Shown one piece after another: positions 34,801 to 42,439 of a stretch of 64,000 nt of DNA. The notes under the pieces were generated by a model, which was given only the letters and a program-made list of their open reading frames with translations, was not told where the DNA came from and ran no database searches. This DNA comes from an uncultured Bacilli bacterium (lineage in GTDB: Bacteria; Bacillota_I; Bacilli_A; RF39; UBA660). A program made the translations under genes and the position numbers. Each line of letters opens with the position of its first letter. The stretch's first letter is position 1. The stretch spans positions 16,425 through 80,424 of the forward strand of contig CAKPPW010000002.1 of NCBI GenBank assembly GCA_934177995.1, in the 5' to 3' direction.

Positions 34801-34971
34801 ACATGGCTAGTACCATATAAAAATGGTCATGGTGCAGGTCGAGAAATAGGAGCTTCAAGAATTTTAGAAAATGTTTTATATTTAAAAGATCCCGAAGGTC
34901 GTACTTTATGTGGTTATGCTATTGATAGAAATGGTAATGAGGCTGAGGCATGTTATACCGTTCACGGATAA
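31819..34971 (+). CDS. Membrane-anchored surface protein with 11 Listeria-Bacteroides (Flg_new) repeats
   Basis: SD GAAAGGAG; TM at about aa 82-105 (PFLILLFLLLLFLILFLCL); 11 modules ending in the G(Y)xFxGW signature (YRFTGWS, YTFLKWD, YTFLGWS, YEFVGWT, YIFLGWT, YNFLGWS, YTFIGWG, YTFLGWT, YTFKGWH, YTFLGWT, FSFVGWS). Confidence 0.8.
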   Translation: MSNKYIVNNHESSKYYKEVPYIKKKEFNKNKDNIIIGKTKLKKYKSDSDNKELDLLYFNDNEYIIKERIFGFKKGYIWVGDNKYVLLKTRTPFLILLFLLLLFLILFLCLNCKKDIPENKPINNNQEEVIPDNNSKEEPKTDKKQEDDPYKYVPKRDKVEKAEGIKYTIVFDSNGGVGTMEKIVCIGNEVCNLPKSTLSKEGYRFTGWSTEKDGEPIYLDEMEVFNLSTKNNDKVVLYAMWHIESFDVEFLDYDGSTIHKDRYDYGDSIIVPDDPERKGYTFLKWDNDIKTVNDNLKITALYNINDYEISYDLSGGTFEEDVPSTYTIENDSYKIPTPSKKGYTFLGWSNKTDENLNKDYEIKKGTIGNIDLIANYIPNSYQLIFNTNGANEEVNSKIVNYDSKYGELPLVTKDGYEFVGWTDNSNKDVSENTVFNEFNDVTINANWNTIKYDITYNLVGGTIEDVKESFDVETETFKMPNPNKEGYIFLGWTINEDDTFKKDFEIPKGTIDNIELTANYKPISYSIVYHSNGGNGMMDNTKVKYNNRFNLKKNSFTREGYNFLGWSTEENGNVIYTDEQQLYNLSKEDGKVIDLYAKWGIIKLNVKYYDLFDVILKEEIVDYGNNSVAPEDPFIDGYTFIGWGSDDEIIKKDTIFKAQYSTNDYTIKYNLNMEGTGDLKEIHYNVESESFSLPIPTRTGYTFLGWTGSNGLKPKVNITIPKHSIGNKEYTANWEANIYNVNLNSNQGIVSPSSIAISYNSLYGILPTAQRRGYTFKGWHYGNSLIEETTVMQKAFDHELKADWQIITYNISYNLNGGSVSSNPTQYNVETNTFTLTNPTRKGYTFLGWTGSNGSTPSKSVQIEKGNIGNKEYTANWEVITYTISYKTNMSSLPSNPITYTVESNSFTLNNPSKYGEFSFVGWSGTEINGNSKNVTIPKGSIGNRTFTANWYDDTPPTITGFSVQVLGPNSRGGHDIKISIDAYDNGVGVDRFETWLVPYKNGHGAGREIGASRILENVLYLKDPEGRTLCGYAIDRNGNEAEACYTVHG
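33916..34380 (+). repeat. Recent internal duplication within the Flg_new gene (429-bp period)
   Basis: GG(T/C)TATACATTTTTAGGATGGACTGGTTCTAATGGA at 33916-33951 and 34345-34380 (35/36 identical); AATAAAGA(G/A)TATACTGCAAACTGGGAAG also repeated. Confidence 0.8.
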
Positions 34972-35001
34972 CATGTCTTTTTATATAAGGAGGATTATTT
35001 T

Positions 35002-35736
35002 ATGATAAGATTAAAAGAATTGAAAAAAAAGAATTATCCCAGTTCTTATGAAGAACTTTATCAATTAATATATGGATTAGATATAGAAAGATTGGTAGAT
35101 TTTTCAGGTGTTAATGAAAATGGAGAATTTTCTTTAGATATTCGTATTAACAATATAGAGTTAAAAGAAGAAATTAATATCTCAAATTCGTATAAAGATT
35201 ATACTATTATGATTCAATCGACAAGCCCAGAAAGTTTTGATACTTATCAATATGAGAAAATTGAATTTTATAATTTTACCTCTTTAACTAATTTAGTTTA
35301 TAAATTAAAACAATTACTAATAAAACATTTGGGATATTCTATTATTAGTCCAGTAGGAAGTACATATGAAGGCATATATAATCTTATTTCTTATGCAGAT
35401 ATAGGATTAATTGCAGATGATTCTACTTGGAGAAAAAATGATGGTATAAAGGAATTAAGATTATTATTAGTTAGTGAAAAAATAAATAAAATAATATGGA
35501 TTGAACATTATAATTATTCTGGAGAAAAATGGGTAATTAAATATAATGAATTAGATAAAAGCATTGAAGATGTCCCATTTGATCAATATATTGTAAAGCA
35601 AGAATTTGATAGTGAAGAAGAATTATATAATCATCTAAAAGAAATGATAAGTCCTTGTTTAAAGAAAAGGCAACTTCGTAATATAAACTATAAATATAAA
35701 ACATCATTTAAAGCTTTACTACCTAATGCTAATTAA
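35002..35736 (+). CDS. Hypothetical protein
   Basis: SD TAAGGAGGAT; no motif recognised. Confidence 0.6.
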   Translation: MIRLKELKKKNYPSSYEELYQLIYGLDIERLVDFSGVNENGEFSLDIRINNIELKEEINISNSYKDYTIMIQSTSPESFDTYQYEKIEFYNFTSLTNLVYKLKQLLIKHLGYSIISPVGSTYEGIYNLISYADIGLIADDSTWRKNDGIKELRLLLVSEKINKIIWIEHYNYSGEKWVIKYNELDKSIEDVPFDQYIVKQEFDSEEELYNHLKEMISPCLKKRQLRNINYKYKTSFKALLPNAN

Positions 35737-35745
35737 GGATTATAA

Positions 35746-36780
35746 ATGAACACTATTCAAATGAATTTATTTCAATATTTTTTGGATGATGAAAAATTCA
35801 CTATACAAGAGGCTACTAATTTAGTTAAAAATATTAAAAATATGGATGTTAATAATGAATCAATTAGAGCAAGAATTTACGAAGGCGTTGATAAGGGATT
35901 ATTTAAAAAGATTACTCGTGGGGTTTATAAAGTATCATCACAAATAAATGGCAAACCTAACAATTGCCTTTTAATTAATGGTGATGGAAGAGATTTATCA
36001 ATGATTGAAGATAATTCTATTGATGGAATTATTACAGATCATCCTTATGATTTAAATAAAGCTTTAACAGGAGGCAATAGAAAATTTGCCTCCTATGAAC
36101 TATTTAAATATAATCAAAAAGATTTTAATGAAAAACAAAGAGTATTAAAAGATGGTGCTTTCATGGTAGAATTTTTACCTGAAGAATCTGAAATTAATTT
36201 TGAATATTTATATCAAATTAAACAAATGGCAATTAATAGTGGCTTTAAGTATTTTGCAAAAGTTCCTTGGAAAAAAGGAGAGTTTATAGCAAATACTGGT
36301 AGGAAATCCAAAAATACTGAAGATGTGATGATATTTTCTAAAGGGGAACCTAGAGCATTAAAACTTGATGCTAAAAAAAATATAGAAACAGCATTAAAAA
36401 ATAATATTAATGTTAAAGGTAAAAGCTCTTATGAAGTAAGAGATATATTGGTAGAGAATGAGTTAACAGTTTGTTATATGAAAGGCACTAATGGTATGCT
36501 TCCTACCACTTTTGATTATCAGCCTAGGGGCAAGAATGAAAAAGTAATGGAGGCAGAAAAGCCAGTTCAACTTTTACAAGAAATTATCACATATATATCT
36601 AAACCTTATGAAACGCTATTAGATCAATTTGCAGGTAGTGGTAATTTTGTTGTTGCATGTTTTAATACTAAAAGAAATAGCATAGCAATTGAAAATGATG
36701 ATATTATGTATGAGAAGATGCTTAATAATATAGAATTTCAATTAGATAATGAAAATTATGAGATAGAAAGGGATATTTAA
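35746..36780 (+). CDS. Orphan DNA methyltransferase (N6/N4 beta-class, N6_N4_Mtase-like)
   Basis: Motif IV variant IITDHPYD precedes motif I LLDQFAGSGNF (beta-class order); EKPVQLLQEII; no adjacent recognisable restriction endonuclease. Confidence 0.75.
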   Translation: MNTIQMNLFQYFLDDEKFTIQEATNLVKNIKNMDVNNESIRARIYEGVDKGLFKKITRGVYKVSSQINGKPNNCLLINGDGRDLSMIEDNSIDGIITDHPYDLNKALTGGNRKFASYELFKYNQKDFNEKQRVLKDGAFMVEFLPEESEINFEYLYQIKQMAINSGFKYFAKVPWKKGEFIANTGRKSKNTEDVMIFSKGEPRALKLDAKKNIETALKNNINVKGKSSYEVRDILVENELTVCYMKGTNGMLPTTFDYQPRGKNEKVMEAEKPVQLLQEIITYISKPYETLLDQFAGSGNFVVACFNTKRNSIAIENDDIMYEKMLNNIEFQLDNENYEIERDI

Positions 36781-36908
36781 TGTTAAAAATTATATTAATT
36801 ATTTTAGGAATTATAGTAATATTAACTTTGTTACTTTTTTTGTATTCGTGTTGTGTTATTTCTAGCAACTGTTCTAGGGAAGAAGAAAAGTTTAATGGAT
36901 TACAATAA
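36780..36908 (+). CDS. 42-aa hydrophobic peptide (MLKIILIILGIIVILTLLLFLYSCCVISSNCSREEEKFNGLQ), coupled to the methylase gene
   Basis: ATG 36780 overlaps the methylase stop (TAATG); single TM + Cys cluster + charged tail; below ORF-track cut-off. Confidence 0.4.
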   Translation: MLKIILIILGIIVILTLLLFLYSCCVISSNCSREEEKFNGLQ

Positions 36909-37302
36909 GTTTATAGAAGAAAAGGTGTTGAAATTATCTTCTAAAAAAAATTATGAAAAGTATCCTAATCAAATGAAAGAAAGTTTAAAAGAACAAGTTG
37001 CTAGATATGATTTAGATATTGTTTCTTATAATAAAAATTATTATAATTTGACAGCAATACTCAAAGATAAATATGAAGATAGATATATAGGAGTTATTAT
37101 TAATGATTTATCTTGTTTTGAAGATCATTCATATAAGTGTATTGCACTTCGTATTATGAAAGATTTAAATGATAGAAGGGGTATTGCTAATCGTAATTGT
37201 AGTTGGAGTGAAATTGGAAGAACATCAAGAGGTTTAATTGAGTGGAAAAAGAGAGAAGAACAAAAACAAGAATTAGATAAGGAAGATGAAATAGAAAAAT
37301 AA
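36895..37302 (+). CDS. Hypothetical protein
   Basis: ORF track 36853..37302 (GTG); ATG 36895 after GGGAAGAAGAAAAG is more plausible and leaves room for the small peptide ORF. Confidence 0.55.
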   Translation: MDYNKFIEEKVLKLSSKKNYEKYPNQMKESLKEQVARYDLDIVSYNKNYYNLTAILKDKYEDRYIGVIINDLSCFEDHSYKCIALRIMKDLNDRRGIANRNCSWSEIGRTSRGLIEWKKREEQKQELDKEDEIEK

Positions 37303-37318
37303 GAAAGGAGCTTTATAA

Positions 37319-38188
37319 TTGAATCGTATTGATATTAATAAAAATGGAATTAAAATTGCACTCTTTGGTAGTAAATCAGTAATAGAATTTGAGCAAGATA
37401 TAATTAATAATCTTTCTCTTACAGGTAATGAAAGTAAAGATAGATTAATTATTCAACAATGTATAGATGATAACAAATTAAAATCAGATATTTTATATGA
37501 TGGTAATACTGTATATCCATTTGAAAAAATTGTTAAGCAATATAGAAAATTTCAAAAGGATGAAACTTTGGATAATTTAAATGAGAATATGTACCACTTT
37601 TTTACTAATGCTTGTGGTGATATAGCACATTATAATATTGGAGGCTTTAAAGCATACTATAACAATTCTTTTCGCAGTTTAGAAATAGAACTTTTAAGTA
37701 AGGATACATTTATTCCTAACTGGCATACAGATTTAGATAAGATATTTAAAGAGTTAAAAATAGGGAAATATTTTAAAAATAGAGAAAATATGAATATTAG
37801 TAATATTTCACTAAGTAAATTAAAATCAATTATTGAAGAATGTAATTGGAATGTTGTTTCAGAAGGAAACGATTGGAAACTCCAATTTCCTTTAGATAGT
37901 AATAGTAAATTTTCTTTTAATATTGATGTTTCAAATAGTAATGCTACAAGTGTTGTTTATAACCTTTACAAATATGGGAAAGAGTTTAATGCAGATGAAT
38001 ATATTGAATCTATTATTGAATCAAGAGGTAATGCAAAAGAACCGTCTGCTAGATTGATTGTTAGAAATGCTGATTATATTGCACATAATTTATCAAAACT
38101 TTCATTAGATCTTATTTATAAGTGTAGACTTGCAGCAGAAAAGATTAGTAAAAGTAATAATGATTTAGAATTTGAAATAGAAAGGTAG
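37319..38188 (+). CDS. Hypothetical protein
   Basis: TTG start after AGAAAGGAG; no motif recognised. Confidence 0.6.
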   Translation: MNRIDINKNGIKIALFGSKSVIEFEQDIINNLSLTGNESKDRLIIQQCIDDNKLKSDILYDGNTVYPFEKIVKQYRKFQKDETLDNLNENMYHFFTNACGDIAHYNIGGFKAYYNNSFRSLEIELLSKDTFIPNWHTDLDKIFKELKIGKYFKNRENMNISNISLSKLKSIIEECNWNVVSEGNDWKLQFPLDSNSKFSFNIDVSNSNATSVVYNLYKYGKEFNADEYIESIIESRGNAKEPSARLIVRNADYIAHNLSKLSLDLIYKCRLAAEKISKSNNDLEFEIER

Positions 38189-38270
38189 GGGATACAATAT
38201 AAATAATCTATATAACGAAGTTTTAAAACAAGCTAGTATTATAGATGTATTTAATTATTATGGGCTTAAA

Positions 38271-41231
38271 TTGAATCATAATAAATCGTTATGTCCTTTT
38301 CATAATGATAATAATCCAAGTATGACAGTAAATCCTAAAAAGAATATTGCAACTTGTTTCTCTTGTGGGGCAACTGGTAATGTTATTTCTTTTGTTCAAA
38401 AATACGAAAAACAAGTAAATGGTAACGATTTAAGTATAAATCAAGCAATAGCAAAAGTAGTGGAAATATGTAATTTAAATATAGATATTTCTAAATTAAA
38501 TAGAAATTCAAATAATAATCAGTTTATTGTATCTTCAAGAAAATATACTGCTGAAGAAAAACATTTAATAGAAGTAAATGAATATCTTTCTAAATTATTT
38601 CACTACAATTTAACTGTAATAAATAAAGATGCCAAAAATTATTTGTATAATAGGAAAGTAGAAGATAAGCAAATAAATGAATTAAACTTAGGCTTTGCAG
38701 TTAAGGGACAGTTACTTAAATTGACAGAAAAAAATGATAGGATAACAAGGGAAGATTTAATTAAATTAAAATATTTGAGAATAGATGAAAATGGAAGTAC
38801 TCAAGAAGTATTTTCTAATAGAATAATGTTTCCTATTTGTGATGAAAAAGGAAATATATTATCATTTGCAGGTAGAGGAATTAAAGATGAGCAACCTAAG
38901 TATTTACATACAGCAGAGAATTCATTATTTCAAAAGAAAGAGTTATTATACAATTATTCAAATGCTAAAACTCTTTCATATAATAATGAGCTGATTATTG
39001 TTGAAGGTTTTTTAGATGTTGTTGGAGCAAGAAGAATAGGATATGAAAATGTAGTAGCTACTATGGGAGTAGCTCTTACACCAGAGCATTTAAAAATGAT
39101 TAAAAGAAATCATTCTTCAATTACTCTTGCTTTGGATAATGATCAAGCAGGGCATGATGCAATGCTTAGACTTATTCCAGATTTATTACAACAAGGATTT
39201 AAAGTTAATGTCATAGATATTTCTAAATTAGGTGAATTTAAAGATTTTGGAGATTTATCAAAAAATGATATTCCATTTCAGGATATACAAAAATCTAAAA
39301 TATCTGGATTCACTTTTTTATTAGATTATAAATATTTTAAAGAACAAGTTTTTAATGCTGAGAAGATTTCGTTAGCATATAAATCTATGAAAAAAGATAG
39401 GCTAATTTCTAATACTTATGATGATGCTCTATTTAAAGAATATATTATAGATAAAACATCTTATAATAAGCAGGAATTAGATGAGATTATGTATCCTAAA
39501 AAAATAGAAAAAAAAGAAAATGAAATGGATAATCTAGCTTCAAGAGCAATGACTAATTTTTTGTATACAGAATTATTGTTGCAAGTAGATAAAAAAGATG
39601 ACAAAGTATTATCTGTTTATTTTAATAATCATAAAGAGGAAATAGAAAAAAGACTTGTTTCTATATTTAATGCTAATCCAGAAAAATATTTAGAAAAAAA
39701 TTCAAAAATCAAAAGAGAAGAGCTACTATCAGATTTTTTAAAAGATAATAAAGAATATTCAAATTATGAATCATTAAATAGATTCAAATATATTAATGTA
39801 TTTAATAAAACTTATATAAAAAATTTTAATGGTAGTGCAAGAATTAATTTAAAGGATAATCAAATTCAAACAGTAATAAAGCAATACGAAGATAGTCTTA
39901 CCGATCAAGAAAAACTTGCCTTGGAGGAAGTAGAAGAACTCTATATCATTAATAATTTAGATGATATAGATGGGATTCTTTCTTATAATAATAAAACATT
40001 AGAGATTATAAAAGAAAATATAAAAGAGCGACTTTTTCTAAATAAAGGTAAAATGCAATTTTTTAAATATGGAAGCTTATTTTTAAATATTGATAAGGAT
40101 TTCATAGATGATAAATTTAAAGGTAAAAATGGAGAATTCAAAACAATTCTCTTTTATAATAATTTAGATAATAATCTTACACTTGATAAAAGTAATGTTG
40201 TTTCAAATACTGAACCGATAAAAGAAGAAATTGCTATTTCAAACGAAGAACAGGAGAAGGTAAAAAAAGAGGATTACTTATTTTCTATAAATCAAGTTTT
40301 ATTAGTGCCTTCATTAGAAACAGACACACATTATTTTGTAAGAATTCCAAATACAGATGCTAAAGAGTATTTTTATATTCCTAAAAATGAGTGTGAATGG
40401 GTAGATAGTGGAGAACTTTTTTATACTAAACTTAAATATGGTGATTCTTATAAGATTTATAACAAGTTAGGCGAGTATATTTGTACTAAGTCTTTTGATG
40501 AATTAAAATTCAAGTGGGAAGATAAGACAAAGAAACAATCTAGTACCAGTAATGAAATAGAAAAAGAAGTAGAAGAAAATGAAGATAGAATCATTTATGA
40601 TAATAGTTATACCTCTAAATATAAAGAACCAATTAGTAAAATATATCATTCTAAAATATATTTGGAAACTGAAAAAGGTTTTTATATTAAAACTGATAAT
40701 CCAACTACTTTATTATTTGTTGTTAAAAAGATTTGTAATTGGACAGATGATAAAAGTTATTTAATAGTAAGTCCTAGAAAGGGCTTCTTAAATGGTAGTG
40801 GCATATCTAAATATAGATTAGATGGATTTACTAAAATTTTTGAAAAAAAATTATCTTATAATGAGATAAATAAGTATTTAAAAATTCTTCTTCCAAAAGA
40901 TTCTAAAAAACGAGATGTCATTACTATTAACTTTCCGAAATATAAATGCAGGTTTAATTCTAATTTCGTAGAGATACCAATGATTATTGATAATGTACAA
41001 GGTTATCTTAATGTAAACATTATTAAAACAAAGATTAATACTGAATCTGTTCTTTTGGAAATTGATAAAACTGAACAAATAGGTTTTCATAGTAAAGATG
41101 GTGAATATATTGATCACTATACTGGTGATAAGATTTTAGACAGTTACAATCATAGAAATGATGATAAGGTTATAGAATTTCCTTTTGAAGAAAAATTAGA
41201 TGTTCCATTATATGAAAAGGAGGCTGCATAA
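38271..41231 (+). CDS. DNA primase (CHC2 zinc finger + Toprim) with ~650-aa unknown C-terminal extension; true start probably upstream (ATA 38199)
   Basis: CPFHNDNNPSMTV...CFSCGATGNVISF (CHC2 Zn finger); EGFLDVV...LDNDQAGHDA (Toprim). Frame open from 38181, and the upstream in-frame NNLYNEVLKQASIIDVFNYYGLKL matches the conserved primase N-terminus. Confidence 0.85.
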   Translation: MNHNKSLCPFHNDNNPSMTVNPKKNIATCFSCGATGNVISFVQKYEKQVNGNDLSINQAIAKVVEICNLNIDISKLNRNSNNNQFIVSSRKYTAEEKHLIEVNEYLSKLFHYNLTVINKDAKNYLYNRKVEDKQINELNLGFAVKGQLLKLTEKNDRITREDLIKLKYLRIDENGSTQEVFSNRIMFPICDEKGNILSFAGRGIKDEQPKYLHTAENSLFQKKELLYNYSNAKTLSYNNELIIVEGFLDVVGARRIGYENVVATMGVALTPEHLKMIKRNHSSITLALDNDQAGHDAMLRLIPDLLQQGFKVNVIDISKLGEFKDFGDLSKNDIPFQDIQKSKISGFTFLLDYKYFKEQVFNAEKISLAYKSMKKDRLISNTYDDALFKEYIIDKTSYNKQELDEIMYPKKIEKKENEMDNLASRAMTNFLYTELLLQVDKKDDKVLSVYFNNHKEEIEKRLVSIFNANPEKYLEKNSKIKREELLSDFLKDNKEYSNYESLNRFKYINVFNKTYIKNFNGSARINLKDNQIQTVIKQYEDSLTDQEKLALEEVEELYIINNLDDIDGILSYNNKTLEIIKENIKERLFLNKGKMQFFKYGSLFLNIDKDFIDDKFKGKNGEFKTILFYNNLDNNLTLDKSNVVSNTEPIKEEIAISNEEQEKVKKEDYLFSINQVLLVPSLETDTHYFVRIPNTDAKEYFYIPKNECEWVDSGELFYTKLKYGDSYKIYNKLGEYICTKSFDELKFKWEDKTKKQSSTSNEIEKEVEENEDRIIYDNSYTSKYKEPISKIYHSKIYLETEKGFYIKTDNPTTLLFVVKKICNWTDDKSYLIVSPRKGFLNGSGISKYRLDGFTKIFEKKLSYNEINKYLKILLPKDSKKRDVITINFPKYKCRFNSNFVEIPMIIDNVQGYLNVNIIKTKINTESVLLEIDKTEQIGFHSKDGEYIDHYTGDKILDSYNHRNDDKVIEFPFEEKLDVPLYEKEAA

Positions 41232-41233
41232 AT

Positions 41234-42439
41234 ATGGATGGTAATGCTAAACATGATTTGGAGCATACTGCTGAAAAAACAGTTGCTGTATCAGCAAAAT
41301 CAACAAAAATATTTACAAAGATATTTGGCAGATTTTTGATAAAAGCTAAAAGATATTATAATAAACATTTTTCATCATCAATGAAAGCACTGCGTAATGA
41401 TGGTGCTACTAAAGAATTATATGTTACTCCACCACTTACAAGAGCAGAGGCAAAGCAAATCATCGCTGCATGTCGAGAAAATAATGTATTAATGGGAATT
41501 AAAAAGATGGATCCAGATGGTGAAAAGGGAAAGAATCAATCTCTTCATAAACAAGAAAAACTTGCTAAGAATGAAATAAAATATAGAAAATGGAATGATA
41601 GAAGAAGTACATTCAAAAAGATTCCAATCATTCAAAATATATGTAAGGCTCAAACTGATAAATATAAAAGGTTATCTATACAAGATGAGCAACAAAATTT
41701 AGATGAGAGATATGTTTTGATATTTAATAAAAGTAAGTTAGGATTTTTAAATGAACAGTTAGCAAAAATTCCTGAAAACAGAGTAAAGCAGTATGCAAAA
41801 AATGAACTTGCTGATATTAATAAAGATGGTATTATTGATGAGCATGATTATGAGCCTATGTTATCAAGAGGAATGAATCTTAAAGTTGAAGATTTAAATA
41901 AAGTTGGAGAAGATTTTGGCTCATGTGCTGTTAGAGATTATTTGTCTAATTATTGTACTCAAAAGATTACCAAACAACAATATTGCGAAATTAGAGAGCA
42001 ATTATTTGAGTTACGAAGTCATGGAGCATGTGTTTATAATGATAATGAAATGATAATTGCTATTCATTCTGAAGATTTAGAAGAATATAAAAGGATTGCT
42101 CCTCTTGATAGACCAATTAAAGAGTATGGTTCAAATGGTGCTAGAGATATTGAGTCAGAAAGTAATACAAATGATATTATTGAATTAGAGTTAAATAATT
42201 TTGATGATTATAAATTATTTAAAGAAAAATATAGTAGTAAAGATTTTGTTGCACAGCATACTCCTGATGGCAAAACAACAGTTCTTGTTAAAGAAACAGA
42301 TACAAAGGATTTGGTTGAAAACAGTAAAAAAAAATCGAAAACAGCAGATTTAGTAAAAGAGGCAGATGAATTTGCTGAAAAAAATAATCCAGTAGAAAAA
42401 GTCTTAGATAAGGAAGAGGAGTTAGAAGTTGCTCGTTAA
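41234..42439 (+). CDS. PcfB/DUF3801-like protein with long C-terminal extension
   Basis: SD AAGGAGGCTG; sits immediately upstream of the coupling protein, as pcfB does; N-terminal region ...LRNDGATKELYVTPPLTRAEAKQIIAACRENNVLMGIKK fits loosely. Confidence 0.4.
   Translation: MDGNAKHDLEHTAEKTVAVSAKSTKIFTKIFGRFLIKAKRYYNKHFSSSMKALRNDGATKELYVTPPLTRAEAKQIIAACRENNVLMGIKKMDPDGEKGKNQSLHKQEKLAKNEIKYRKWNDRRSTFKKIPIIQNICKAQTDKYKRLSIQDEQQNLDERYVLIFNKSKLGFLNEQLAKIPENRVKQYAKNELADINKDGIIDEHDYEPMLSRGMNLKVEDLNKVGEDFGSCAVRDYLSNYCTQKITKQQYCEIREQLFELRSHGACVYNDNEMIIAIHSEDLEEYKRIAPLDRPIKEYGSNGARDIESESNTNDIIELELNNFDDYKLFKEKYSSKDFVAQHTPDGKTTVLVKETDTKDLVENSKKKSKTADLVKEADEFAEKNNPVEKVLDKEEELEVAR

Noticed and set aside
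34955-34975. GTTCACGGATAAC near the end of the Flg_new gene as a fifth operator copy
   Set aside because: Only one half-site (GTTCAC) matches, it lies inside coding sequence, and the second half-site is absent.
35002-36780. Type II restriction-modification system (35002-35736 as the endonuclease)
   Set aside because: I could not find a PD-(D/E)XK, HNH or GIY-YIG signature in the 244-aa protein. An orphan protective methylase is the usual situation on conjugative elements.
38181-38271. Programmed frameshift fusing ORF 37319-38188 to the primase
   Set aside because: The primase frame is closed by TAG at 38178-38180, just upstream, there is no slippery heptamer, and the upstream protein ends with its own typical acidic tail. 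An SD-proximal ATA start explains the conserved N-terminus more simply.
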